A DNA stretch of 64,000 nucleotides from an uncultured Ruminococcus sp. (GTDB lineage Bacteria; Bacillota; Clostridia; Oscillospirales; Acutalibacteraceae), in the NCBI GenBank assembly GCA_964629445.1, contig CAZVSE010000001.1:9846-73845 (forward strand), in the 5' to 3' direction. This document shows positions 19,557-28,572 of this stretch, in pieces. A program made the translations under genes and the position numbers. Positions within the stretch are counted from its first letter, which is position 1; every line of letters starts with the position of its first letter. Under the pieces are notes generated by a model. It saw only the letters and a list, made by a program, of their open reading frames with translations. It was not told the DNA's origin and did no database searches.

Positions 19557-19584
19557 TTGCATTTTCCAAAAAGTATGCTATACT
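19557..19584 (+). promoter_or_regulatory. Promoter of the surface-protein gene with an overlapping palindrome
   Basis: TTGCAT (19557-19562), 16 nt, TGc-TATACT (19576-19584). Palindrome ATGCTA-N8-TAGCAT spans the -10. Confidence 0.55.
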
Positions 19585-19622
19585 AGTTTAGCATAGGTAA
19601 ATTTTCTTTGGAGGTATGAACT

Positions 19623-20138
19623 ATGAAAAAAGCGCTTGCTATCCTTTTAACCCTCGTTCTGGTCTTTGGACTGGCAGTTCCGGTTTTTGCCGCTAAGAGC
19701 CCCAATGGGCAGGAGTATTTCAAGGTCGTCATCGTCGATGGTAATGATCACAAGGATGCACCTCAGAATAGCGACAAGCACGAGAACATCACTTACCACA
19801 CCGTCGTCAAGGACAAAACCATCGTTGTCAAAGCGAACCCTGAGAAGGGTCAGTTCAACAGCTGGAACATCTACAAGGCGAACGGTACGCTCGCCGTTGA
19901 AGGCGTTGACTACCGCATTCTCGGCGCATTCTCCCTGACGGACAGCGAGATCGAGATCATCCCGCTCGCCACCATCGTTATCGCCGCAAACTACAACGAC
20001 GAGATCACCGAGACCATCATCGTCAACGATGAGGATGAGGCACCCTCCACGGGCGACAACACGGTCGTGGTTCTCTCCGCAGTTGCGCTCATCGCACTGT
20101 GCGGCGTGCTCGTTTCCAAGAAGCAGCTCGCGAAATAA
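19623..20138 (+). CDS. Small secreted cell-wall-anchored protein (sortase substrate candidate)
   Basis: Signal peptide MKKALAILLTLVLVFGLAVPVFA-AK. C-terminus EAPSTGD + hydrophobic VVVLSAVALIALCGVLV + basic SKKQLAK, i.e. a cell-wall sorting signal layout. Confidence 0.75.
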   Translation: MKKALAILLTLVLVFGLAVPVFAAKSPNGQEYFKVVIVDGNDHKDAPQNSDKHENITYHTVVKDKTIVVKANPEKGQFNSWNIYKANGTLAVEGVDYRILGAFSLTDSEIEIIPLATIVIAANYNDEITETIIVNDEDEAPSTGDNTVVVLSAVALIALCGVLVSKKQLAK

Positions 20139-20159
20139 GTTCCTTTTTGTCACATCAAG

Positions 20160-20192
20160 ACACCGCGGCGTAACGACGCCGCGGTGTTTTTT
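20160..20192 (+). terminator. Intrinsic terminator after the surface-protein gene
   Basis: ACACCGCGGCGT-aacg-ACGCCGCGGTGT followed by TTTTTT. Confidence 0.8.
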
Positions 20193-20205
20193 GCTGTTAC
20201 GACGA

Positions 20206-20235
20206 TTGACAGCGGCCTGCTGTTGCATTATAATA
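20206..20235 (+). promoter_or_regulatory. Promoter of srtB-LCP
   Basis: TTGACA (20206-20211), 18 nt, TATAAT (20230-20235). Confidence 0.6.
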
Positions 20236-20278
20236 AAGTAACGTTGCCGATTTGGGCATTCGAAAGGAGACGACTACG

Positions 20279-21049
20279 ATGACGCAACAACCAAATACCG
20301 AAAATCGCGTATGGCGCACCGTGCGGATCATTGCCGGTGCCATATTCGTTCTGTCGATCATCGGCATCCTCGCCTACTTCCTGCCCGGCTGGCTCTCACG
20401 AAACAACATCGTGCCACCCACCTCCGTTCCCAGCGTCAGCGGCGACGAAAACCTGCCTGACAACCCGATCGACTTTGCCGCCCTACAGGCGAAAAATCCT
20501 GACACCGTCGCGTGGATCCAAATTCCCGGCACCGTCATCGACTATCCCGTGATGCGCAGCGGCGCAGACCGCGAGGAGAACTTCTATCTCGATCACAACA
20601 GTGACGGGGAATCCCACCGCGCAGGCGCGATCTATATGCAGAAACTCAACTCCGCCGACTTCTCCGATCCGAATACCGTGCTGTATGGGCATAATATGGC
20701 AAACGGCTCGATGTTTTCTTGGTTGCATCAATACAAGAAAAAAGCCTTTTTTGACGAAAATCGCACCATCACCGTTTATACGCCGGGGCATATCCTCACC
20801 TATGAGATCTACTCCGCTTTTTTATATGACAATCGCCACATCCTCAACTCCTTTAACTTCTACAACGAAGAGGATTATGCCGCGTTTTTACAGCAGACGC
20901 TCAAACCCAACTCGATGGTGCGACAGGTGCGTGAGGGAATCTCCGTCACGACCAACGCCCGCATCATCACGCTGAGCACCTGCAACGCGCGGGACAGTGA
21001 GCGTTATCTTGTCGTGGGAGTGCTGACCAATGACCAACGAACGAACTAA
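20279..21049 (+). CDS. srtB: Class B sortase
   Basis: N-terminal TM, VAWIQIPGTVIDYPVM, LYGHNM, ITLSTCN catalytic Cys, ERYLVVGVL. ATG at 20279 after GAAAGGAGA. Confidence 0.85.
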   Translation: MTQQPNTENRVWRTVRIIAGAIFVLSIIGILAYFLPGWLSRNNIVPPTSVPSVSGDENLPDNPIDFAALQAKNPDTVAWIQIPGTVIDYPVMRSGADREENFYLDHNSDGESHRAGAIYMQKLNSADFSDPNTVLYGHNMANGSMFSWLHQYKKKAFFDENRTITVYTPGHILTYEIYSAFLYDNRHILNSFNFYNEEDYAAFLQQTLKPNSMVRQVREGISVTTNARIITLSTCNARDSERYLVVGVLTNDQRTN

Positions 21050-22088
21050 CCTGCCGTCACGCCGCCGCGTGTTGCGCATCGCGCTCATCACCCTCGCGGT
21101 GATCGCGGTGCTGGCGTTGGTGCTGGCGAGCGTATATTACGCCCTTTATTGGAAAGGGCGCGCGTCTCTGATGGATCGCGATAACAACCTCACCGCACCC
21201 GAATCCCTCGTCGACAACGCCGAGCAAGAGAGCAAACTTATTACCTACAAAGGCGAAACCTACCGCTTTAACGAATCGGTCGTCAGCCTGCTGTTTATGG
21301 GCGTGGACAAGACCGATATTAATGCCGATGCCACCTACGGAAGCAATGGGCAGGCGGACAGCCTGTTTCTCGCAACGCTGGATGTCCGCACCGGCAGTGT
21401 TAAGATCCTTCCGCTGTCCCGCGAGACGATGGTGGATGTCAACCTCTACGACGCGCACGGACTCTTTACCGGCACGCAGAACACCCAGCTCTGCCTCGCC
21501 TACGCCTATGCCGCAAGCGCCGAAGAAGGCTGCGAAAACGTCATCCGTTCGGTCGGACGACTGCTCTACGGGATGCCGATCGACGGCTATGTTGCCATCG
21601 ACTTCGACGGTGTCAAGGCGCTTAACAACGCCATCGGCAGGGTTAAGGTAACCGTGTTGGAGGATATCAAAATCTATGAAAACAAGTCCGTGCGGACACT
21701 CACCGCCGGACAGACCGTCACCCTCGACAACTCCACCCTCATCCCCTATATCCAGCAGCGCGGCGACGATGTCGACGCAAACAACCGCCGTATGCTGCGC
21801 CAAAAGCAGTTTCTAAATGAATTTATCCGCGTCGCCGCGGATAAGGTTAAAAGCAATTTTACCCTGCTTGAGAAATACTATACCGCCGTCAAGCCTTATG
21901 CGGTCAGTGATCTGACTTTCTCTGAGATCACCTATCTTGCCAGCACCTATCTGGTCGGCGGACAGACCGAAATCGAGTATCTGGCGGTGAACGGTGAAAG
22001 CAAAATGGGGGAGGAACACGTGGAATTTATCCCCGATGAAACCTCTCTGTATGAAGCCGTACTCGCAGCATACTATACAAAAGAATGA
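21030..22088 (+). CDS. LCP (LytR-CpsA-Psr) family glycopolymer-to-peptidoglycan ligase
   Basis: TM anchor, LLFMGVDK...GQADSLFLATLD...ILPLSRET motifs. Overlaps the srtB end by 20 nt. Confidence 0.85.
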   Translation: MTNERTNLPSRRRVLRIALITLAVIAVLALVLASVYYALYWKGRASLMDRDNNLTAPESLVDNAEQESKLITYKGETYRFNESVVSLLFMGVDKTDINADATYGSNGQADSLFLATLDVRTGSVKILPLSRETMVDVNLYDAHGLFTGTQNTQLCLAYAYAASAEEGCENVIRSVGRLLYGMPIDGYVAIDFDGVKALNNAIGRVKVTVLEDIKIYENKSVRTLTAGQTVTLDNSTLIPYIQQRGDDVDANNRRMLRQKQFLNEFIRVAADKVKSNFTLLEKYYTAVKPYAVSDLTFSEITYLASTYLVGGQTEIEYLAVNGESKMGEEHVEFIPDETSLYEAVLAAYYTKE

Positions 22089-22116
22089 TCCCGCTGAAAA
22101 GCGCCCCGCATAATTG

Positions 22117-22160
22117 ATATGCACCCCAAAAGTGTCTAACTTTTGGGGTGCATATTTTTA
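22117..22160. terminator. Bidirectional terminator (LCP gene / LysR gene)
   Basis: ATATGCACCCCAAAAG-tgtctaa-CTTTTGGGGTGCATAT, a perfect 16-bp stem, then TTTTTA. Confidence 0.8.
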
Positions 22161-22209
22161 TGTTAAAAAATTCAACAGTGCCAGAAAAATTTTTGCTTAC
22201 AATCGCTTC

Positions 22210-23121
22210 TTACTCACCGAGCTCCACAACATTGGATGTCCTGCAAAATTCCTCGCAGAATCGACAGAACAGCTTTGCCGCCGCGGATTGCGGACGGGCA
22301 GGATCCCAAAACAGCGATGTATTTGCCCGATAGGTACAGCCGGTGACGGGGACACACACGCAATTATCATAGTAGTTCATATTGAACTTTGTCGTATGTG
22401 CAGGTTGAAGAAACAGGCCAAGATTTCGCTCCAGCGCAGGAACCATGGCATGGGGGCTGTTCCCTTCATATATAACCGTCGGCTCCTTCGCTGCCTCAGC
22501 AAAGATCTCCTCCAGCATCTTCCGCCCGGGCATACCCGACGCATAAGCGATCATAGGCTGCTCCGTAAGCTCCTCCAGAGCGATGGACTTGCGCGCCGCC
22601 AGAGGATTGCCGTTGTTCATAATGGCGACCACAGACTGCCCACCCCGAAGGCGGAGACTCTGCAGATCTGCACGGAAGATCCCGTTGGTGGAGCCAATGA
22701 CAAAATCAAACTCCTGCGTCAGGTCGATGCTACCCACATCAACCGGATTGACGTAGACCCTGCGCAGGGTGATATCCGGATGCTGCTCCAAAAACTCACT
22801 GATCATATGGGAGGCAAAAACCTTTGTCATATCTCCTACGCACAGATGCTTGCCGCGTTCATTGCGCATCTGACGCATCAGGTCGTTGCCTTGCGCGGTC
22901 AGGCGAAGGATCTTTTTTGCATAGGGCAGGTACGCTTCTCCGTATTGATTCAGCACAAGGTTACGCCCCACTCGGTCAAACAGTGTTACACCAAGGTCCC
23001 GTTCCAGTCGCTTCAAGGCACTGGAAAGCGCCGGCGGAGAGATCATTAGATTTTCCGCAGCACGGGTCAGATTTCCCGTTTCGGCAATGGTTTTGAAATA
23101 AAGCAGTGGATAGATTTCCAT
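22210..23121 (-). CDS. LysR-family transcriptional regulator
   Basis: MEIYPLLYFKTIAETGNLTRAAENLMISPPALSSALKRLERDLGVTLFDR HTH. ATG at 23121. Divergent from the enzyme genes. Confidence 0.9.
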   Translation of the reverse strand: MEIYPLLYFKTIAETGNLTRAAENLMISPPALSSALKRLERDLGVTLFDRVGRNLVLNQYGEAYLPYAKKILRLTAQGNDLMRQMRNERGKHLCVGDMTKVFASHMISEFLEQHPDITLRRVYVNPVDVGSIDLTQEFDFVIGSTNGIFRADLQSLRLRGGQSVVAIMNNGNPLAARKSIALEELTEQPMIAYASGMPGRKMLEEIFAEAAKEPTVIYEGNSPHAMVPALERNLGLFLQPAHTTKFNMNYYDNCVCVPVTGCTYRANTSLFWDPARPQSAAAKLFCRFCEEFCRTSNVVELGE

Positions 23122-23179
23122 AAGAACAACCCCCACTCGTGTGTGTTTACTCTAATTATAGCACATTATCTCACGAATT

Positions 23180-23196
23180 GTTAGCATTTTGTTAAC
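23180..23196. promoter_or_regulatory. Candidate LysR box (T-N11-A)
   Basis: GTTA-gcattttgt-TAAC imperfect dyad in the AT-rich divergent region (23137-23283). Confidence 0.4.
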
Positions 23197-23283
23197 GATT
23201 TTTTCTTTTTTTTAATTTTTTTTTGCACAGAAACATTTTATAATGGCAATAAGATAGAAAATATGCAATTGGAGGTCTTTATT

Positions 23284-24366
23284 ATGTTAAATCTCCCCGA
23301 AGTTCTGCGCGTAAATCCCGACGGTGTCCGTCATCTGTGTACGGAGATCTTCTGCTCTGCCGGTTACCCCCGTCAGAACGCCGAGTTCATCGCCAGCAGC
23401 CTTGTGTTCGCTGACATCCGCGGCGTTTCCTCCCACGGCGTAGCTCGCATCAAGAGCTATATGGAGCGTGCCGTCAAGGAGCACTGGAATGCAGATCCGC
23501 AGATCACCTACAAGCAGAAGGGCGCTATCTGCCAGATCGACGGCGACGACGGCTTTGGCTCCATCGTTGGCACTTGCGCTATGAAGAAAGCCATTGAGAT
23601 GGCTAAAGAGCACGGCATCGGTTTCTGCACCGTCAGCCGCTCCGCTCACTACGGCATGGCTTCCTACTACCCCATGCTGGCTGCCGAAGCCGGTATGATC
23701 GGCTTTAGCTGTACTAACGGCGTTCCCAATCTGGCACACTTCGGTTCCAGCGAAGGTATGCTGGGCACCAACCCTTTCTCCATGGCAGTTCCTATGAAGG
23801 GCCTGGCTCCCATGGTGCTGGACGTTGCCTGCTCCGTCACCGCAAGAGGCAACATCTCCAACTACAACCGTGAGAAGAAGGAGATCCCTCTGGGCTGGGC
23901 CATCGATTCCGACGGCAACCCCACCACCGATCCCGCCAAGGCTCTGGTCGGTGCAGTGCTTCCCTTCGCCGGTCACAAGGGCTCCGGCATCGCCATTATG
24001 GTGGACGTGCTCTGCGGCATCCTGAACAACGGTGTCACCTCCAAGCACGTCCGTGAGGACAAGTCCTGCGGTCCCAACGTCGGCCACACTATGATCGCCA
24101 TCGACATCGCCGCCTTCGACGATCCCGACGAGTTCGATGCACGCATGAAGAAGTTCGCCAAGGAGCTGAAGGACGCCAAGAAGGCTCCCGGCTTCGATCA
24201 GATCCTGGTCCCCGGCGAACTGGAAGCCCAGCGCAGCGAATACAACACCAAAAACGGCATTAAAATGGGCCGCGGTGCTTTCACTGAGCTCTACGAAACC
24301 TGTAAGGAATTCGGGATCGAGGAAGATCCCATGCAATACATCATTGGGGAGGATAAATCATTATGA
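23284..24366 (+). CDS. Ldh_2 family (malate/L-lactate dehydrogenase type 2) oxidoreductase
   Basis: ADIRGVSSHGV, HYGMASYY, MLGTNPFSMAVP, FAGHKGSGIA motifs of the Ldh_2 family. ATG at 23284 after GGAGG. Confidence 0.85.
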   Translation: MLNLPEVLRVNPDGVRHLCTEIFCSAGYPRQNAEFIASSLVFADIRGVSSHGVARIKSYMERAVKEHWNADPQITYKQKGAICQIDGDDGFGSIVGTCAMKKAIEMAKEHGIGFCTVSRSAHYGMASYYPMLAAEAGMIGFSCTNGVPNLAHFGSSEGMLGTNPFSMAVPMKGLAPMVLDVACSVTARGNISNYNREKKEIPLGWAIDSDGNPTTDPAKALVGAVLPFAGHKGSGIAIMVDVLCGILNNGVTSKHVREDKSCGPNVGHTMIAIDIAAFDDPDEFDARMKKFAKELKDAKKAPGFDQILVPGELEAQRSEYNTKNGIKMGRGAFTELYETCKEFGIEEDPMQYIIGEDKSL

Positions 24367-25223
24367 AACTCGGTTTTATCGGTTACGGCGACGCGTCCCA
24401 CGCCATCGCCAAAGGTCTCAAGAGCGAAGGCCTGAATGAAATGTACACCTGGTCTCAGGTCTACATCCACGATCCCGCCGAAGCAGGTGTCACCAAGCTG
24501 GACACTCAGGAAGAGATCTTCAAGACCTGTAACGTGGTCATGGTCGTCGTCCCCGGCGCAGCCGCCGTTTCTGTGGCGACCGCCTGCAAGCCCTATATGA
24601 CCCCCGACCACATTTATCTGGACGTCTGCACCGCTTCCCCCAAGGATATGCGCACCGTTTGGGAGATCGTCAAGAATACCGGTGTCAAGTTCGCCGACGG
24701 CGCTATGCTGGACACCGTGCCCAAGTTCGCCCATAAGGTCCCCACGGTTCTATCCGGCAACGGCGCACAGGCCGCTTACGACGCCTTCGCTCCCTATCAC
24801 ACCGATATGGAAGTCATCTCCGAAAACCCCGGCGATGCCGATGCCATCAAGCTGCTGCGCAGCGTCTACACTAAGAATCATCTGGCCATGGCGCTGGAAA
24901 TGCTGGAAGCCGCCAGCTTCTACGGCGTTGAGGATTACGTGATGAACAGTCTGGCCGTCACCATGGACGGCAAGTCCTTCATCGAAGGCATGAACGGCCG
25001 CACCTGCGGCGGCGTGCTCCACGCTGCTCGCCGCAGCCACGAGCTGGCCTCCGCCGCTGAAATGATGGAAGCCGACGGTCTCGGCGCTGCCATCACCCGG
25101 GCCGGTGCTGACAAGCTCAAGGAAATCGGTGATCTGAATCTGCGCGAGAAGATCGGCGGCGAGAAACCCAAGACCTGGAAAGAAGCCATCGACTGCATTA
25201 AAAAATACAAAGAGGAAAATTAA
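24363..25223 (+). CDS. NAD(P)-binding oxidoreductase (6PGDH-like N-domain plus DUF1932-like C-domain)
   Basis: MKLGFIGYGDASHAIAKGL Rossmann start; the C-terminal helical domain resembles DUF1932. ATGA overlap with the upstream gene. Confidence 0.65.
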   Translation: MKLGFIGYGDASHAIAKGLKSEGLNEMYTWSQVYIHDPAEAGVTKLDTQEEIFKTCNVVMVVVPGAAAVSVATACKPYMTPDHIYLDVCTASPKDMRTVWEIVKNTGVKFADGAMLDTVPKFAHKVPTVLSGNGAQAAYDAFAPYHTDMEVISENPGDADAIKLLRSVYTKNHLAMALEMLEAASFYGVEDYVMNSLAVTMDGKSFIEGMNGRTCGGVLHAARRSHELASAAEMMEADGLGAAITRAGADKLKEIGDLNLREKIGGEKPKTWKEAIDCIKKYKEEN

Positions 25224-26567
25224 ATGAATCTGACTGATATTTTTGTCGAGACTCTATACACTTTGAAATCTCAGCCTCTGCCTGAGGAAATCGTTCTGGA
25301 GGCCCGTAAGTGCCTTATGGACGAGGTGGGCACCATGCTCGCCGGTGCCGCGCTACAGAAGGAAAAGCTCAACACGTATCTGGACTGCTTCACCGGCGAA
25401 GATGCCACCGTAGTGGGCTACGGTCGCAAGGCTAGCCTGCAGAACGCCGCCCTTGCCAACGGCATCAGCGGTCACAGCTACGATTTTGACGACGGTCACC
25501 GCTTCTCCACCGTGCATCTTGGCTCCACGGTCATCCCCCCTGTTCTGGCCGTGTGTGAAAAAGAAGGTCTTTCCATGGACGACGCCATCCGCGGCATTGT
25601 CATCGGCTATGAGACCGCCATCCGTCTGGGGCGCTGCATCCAGCCCAGCCACCGAGCCAGAGGCTTTCATTCCTCCGGCACCGCCGGTGCCGTGGGTGCC
25701 GCTATGGGCGTTGCCGCCGCACTGGACTTCGACAAGGAGCTGTTCAAGGCAACCCTTGCCGCTTCCCTGTCCTCCGCCGGCGGCATCAACGAGATGATGG
25801 AAAACGTCTCCACCATGAAGCCCTTCAACATCGGTCGCGCAGCCCACGACGGCATCACCGCCGCTTATGTTGCCAAGGCAGGCTTCCGGGGTCCCTACGA
25901 TCCCATGCTCGGCACCTTCGGCTTCCTCCACACTGCCTGCGACGAATATAAGGCCGAAGTCCTGTCTCTGGAGACCGATCCCAATTACAATATCACCGGC
26001 GGCTATCACAAGCCTTACGCCGCCTGCCGCCACACCCACGCCGCCGTCTACGCCGCCGTTAAGGCCGTGGAAGAAAACGGTGTGGATTGGAAGGACATCA
26101 AGGATATCTACATCCGTATGTACGGTCAGGGTGTCAAGGGTCACACCCACACCGCCGTCCCCGGCCCCGTTGCCGGCAAGATGTCCACTCCCTTCTGCAT
26201 CGGTCTGGCTCTGAAGACCGGGCGCATCAGTATCGACTCCTTCACGCAGGAGACTCTGACCGACAAGGACATTTTGGCTCTCAGCGAGACTGTCCGCATC
26301 GAGCCGGATGACGAGATGACCAGTTGGGTCCCCAACAAACGTGCCGCCAACGCCACCGTCACCACCAAGGATGGCAAGAGCTACTTCTTCCAGGCAGACT
26401 ACGCACCCGGCGAGCCGGAGCTTCCCATGTCGATCGCCGATTACGAGAAGAAACTGACCGAGCTGGCCGCCTCTGCCGGTTGGACGAAAGCCCTCTGTGC
26501 CGACATATGCGACACGATCCTGCACTTTGACGGCAAAGTCGCCGACTTTATGCAGAAACTGGCGTAA
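25224..26567 (+). CDS. MmgE/PrpD family protein (2-methylcitrate dehydratase superfamily)
   Basis: GHSYDFDD, FHSSGTAGAVGAA and KPYAACRHTH motifs, 447 aa. The start follows the previous stop directly (TAAATG). Confidence 0.85.
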   Translation: MNLTDIFVETLYTLKSQPLPEEIVLEARKCLMDEVGTMLAGAALQKEKLNTYLDCFTGEDATVVGYGRKASLQNAALANGISGHSYDFDDGHRFSTVHLGSTVIPPVLAVCEKEGLSMDDAIRGIVIGYETAIRLGRCIQPSHRARGFHSSGTAGAVGAAMGVAAALDFDKELFKATLAASLSSAGGINEMMENVSTMKPFNIGRAAHDGITAAYVAKAGFRGPYDPMLGTFGFLHTACDEYKAEVLSLETDPNYNITGGYHKPYAACRHTHAAVYAAVKAVEENGVDWKDIKDIYIRMYGQGVKGHTHTAVPGPVAGKMSTPFCIGLALKTGRISIDSFTQETLTDKDILALSETVRIEPDDEMTSWVPNKRAANATVTTKDGKSYFFQADYAPGEPELPMSIADYEKKLTELAASAGWTKALCADICDTILHFDGKVADFMQKLA

Positions 26568-26657
26568 AACACTTTAAACGTTCTCCGGCTTAATGAACAA
26601 GTCCGGTAAAAACGGACAAGAGAAAAAAGAGTCCCCTATGGTAGAATAAAAAGACTT

Positions 26658-26700
26658 GGACAGCCCCGATTTGTACGGACGGTACAAATCGGGGCTGTCC
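26658..26700. terminator. Long perfect hairpin between the PrpD-family gene and folC
   Basis: GGACAGCCCCGATTTGTAC-ggacg-GTACAAATCGGGGCTGTCC, a perfect 19-bp stem. The T-run is weak or offset on both strands. Confidence 0.6.
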
Positions 26701-26729
26701 ATAATAGTGTGGGCGTTTTTTGCTTTTTA

Positions 26730-27980
26730 TTACAGCGACGCGTAAGTATACAGCGAGCCGAGACAGATCAGGGGAATGTTGTGTGCGCGCGCCGCCGAAA
26801 CCGCGGCGGTGTACGCCGCCTTGACCGACGGGTAGGCGACCGACGGCACGCCGCAGTCCTCAAGCAGGCGAGCGTATTCCTCCCCTGCCAGCGCGCGGGG
26901 GTTATCGGGCGTAAGCACAAAGGCACGCGCCGCCACCGTCGCGAGCGCGCGGGCGATGGTGCGATAATCCTTATCCTGCAACACACCGGTCATCACATAC
27001 ACACGCTGCCCGCCGAAATAATGACGGATGCCCTCGACCGCGGCGGCGATGCCCTGCGCGTTGTGCGCGCCGTCGAAGATGATCGGCGGGTCGTTCGCGA
27101 GCAGCTCAAACCGCCCGCGCCACGTCACCGTCGACAGTCCCTCGCGCACCGCGCTCTCGAGGATGGTCATTCCCTCATCACGCAAAATAGCCACCGCCTG
27201 CAGCACCACCGCCGCGTTGCGCGGCTGATAGGTGCCGAGCAGGTTTAATGTTACATCCTGATATTCACCAAAATTGAAAACGGCACCGTTTAAGTCCGCG
27301 CGGGTGACGGTGAGCGCGGTATGATCCACCTCATAAAACGCCGAGCCGCACGTTTTGGCGGTGTCGGCGATGACACGGCGGGCGGCGGCGTCCTCGCCGC
27401 CATACAGCACAGGGCGTGCATCCTTAATGACGCCCGCCTTTTCGGCGGCGATCTTCTCCACCGTGTCACCAAGGAATGCCGTGTGATCCAACGCGATGCC
27501 CGTGATGACCGACAAGAGCGGTCGGCGAATCACGTTGGTCGAATCCAATCGACCGCCCATCCCCGCCTCCAGCACGACGACATCGCAGGCGTGACGGCGA
27601 AAATACAGCAGTGCGATCGCGGTGATGAGTTCAAATTCGGTGGGTTTATCCTCCATCGCGTCGGCGATCGGGCGAACGAAAGAGGTCAGATCGGCCAACT
27701 CCTGCTCACCGATCATCTCACCGTCGATCATCATCCGCTCATTAAACGTCTTGATATACGGCGAGGTGAACAGACCCACCTTGTATCCCGCGCTACGCAG
27801 GATCGCCGCGGTCATCGCACAAAACGAGCCTTTGCCATTGGTGCCTGCGACGTGGATAAACCGCATCCCCTCCTGCGGGTCGCCGAGCGCCTTGCACAGC
27901 GCGGTGATGCGCTCAAGCCCCGGTTTGCAGAACGTCCAGTTGACCGAGTGAATATAGTCCAGCGCTTCGTTATAATTCAT
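26730..27980 (-). CDS. folC: Bifunctional folylpolyglutamate synthase / dihydrofolate synthase
   Basis: MNYNEALDYI, HVAGTNGKGS P-loop, DVVVLEAGMGGRLDSTN. ATG at 27980 after GAGGTGG; GTG at 27989 is also possible. Confidence 0.92.
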   Translation of the reverse strand: MNYNEALDYIHSVNWTFCKPGLERITALCKALGDPQEGMRFIHVAGTNGKGSFCAMTAAILRSAGYKVGLFTSPYIKTFNERMMIDGEMIGEQELADLTSFVRPIADAMEDKPTEFELITAIALLYFRRHACDVVVLEAGMGGRLDSTNVIRRPLLSVITGIALDHTAFLGDTVEKIAAEKAGVIKDARPVLYGGEDAAARRVIADTAKTCGSAFYEVDHTALTVTRADLNGAVFNFGEYQDVTLNLLGTYQPRNAAVVLQAVAILRDEGMTILESAVREGLSTVTWRGRFELLANDPPIIFDGAHNAQGIAAAVEGIRHYFGGQRVYVMTGVLQDKDYRTIARALATVAARAFVLTPDNPRALAGEEYARLLEDCGVPSVAYPSVKAAYTAAVSAARAHNIPLICLGSLYTYASL

Positions 27981-27990
27981 CTCGTCCACC

Positions 27991-28512
27991 TCACAGCATC
28001 GCGCGCAGGGTCTTGTTTCTCATCAGGGCGGCGAGCAGCAGCCCCTCCGCCGCGCCGACGATGACGTAATTAAACAGCCGCCACAGCATCAGCGTTCCGA
28101 ACGGGATGGTGTAAAACTGCGCCAGACCGAAGGTTTTGATGATCACCGAGCCGACTAGATGCGCCGCGACGATCGCCAGCGTCACCCGCCACCCGAGCGG
28201 CAATTTACCCGCAAGGCGGTAGACACCGCCTCCGACAAGACCGATCGCCGCAGCGCCGAGGGTGACAAGCGGATTGATCGCATACCCGACCGCCAGACAA
28301 CCGACAAGGTCGGCGACCGTGCCGACGAGCGCGCCCGCAAGCGGACCGAATGCTGCCCCTGCGAGCAGGATCGGTAGGTTTTCGAGGCTGAAGCGCAATG
28401 CTTCCCCGACGGGGAACTGCAAAAATTTTCCGCACACGATGCTGGCGGCGACGAGCAGCGAACACGCCACCGTCACCCGCAACGGACGGGCGGGACGCGA
28501 AAATTTGGGCAT
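27991..28512 (-). CDS. folT: Folate-family ECF transporter S component
   Basis: Six-TM S-component pattern (CGKFLQFPVGEALRFSLENLPILLAGAAFGPLAGALVG). Preceded by a THF riboswitch and followed by folC. ATG at 28512 after AAGGAGA. Confidence 0.85.
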   Translation of the reverse strand: MPKFSRPARPLRVTVACSLLVAASIVCGKFLQFPVGEALRFSLENLPILLAGAAFGPLAGALVGTVADLVGCLAVGYAINPLVTLGAAAIGLVGGGVYRLAGKLPLGWRVTLAIVAAHLVGSVIIKTFGLAQFYTIPFGTLMLWRLFNYVIVGAAEGLLLAALMRNKTLRAML

Positions 28513-28572
28513 AAAAAATTCTCCTTTCCAATCGCCGTAAAGGCAGACCAAAGGAGAGTAGTAAAACATCCT

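Noticed and set aside
23287-26525. Long minus-strand ORFs (23287..24336, 25353..26525) opposite the Ldh_2 and PrpD-family genes
   Set aside because: These are antisense shadows with no RBS or start context. Their products are G/A/V/D-rich without motifs, while the plus-strand products carry clear family signatures.
22117-26700. Calling the LysR block a mobile element
   Set aside because: There is no integrase, transposase, tRNA attachment site or flanking direct repeats. The two bounding hairpins are unrelated in sequence. It is reported only as a compositionally distinct block.
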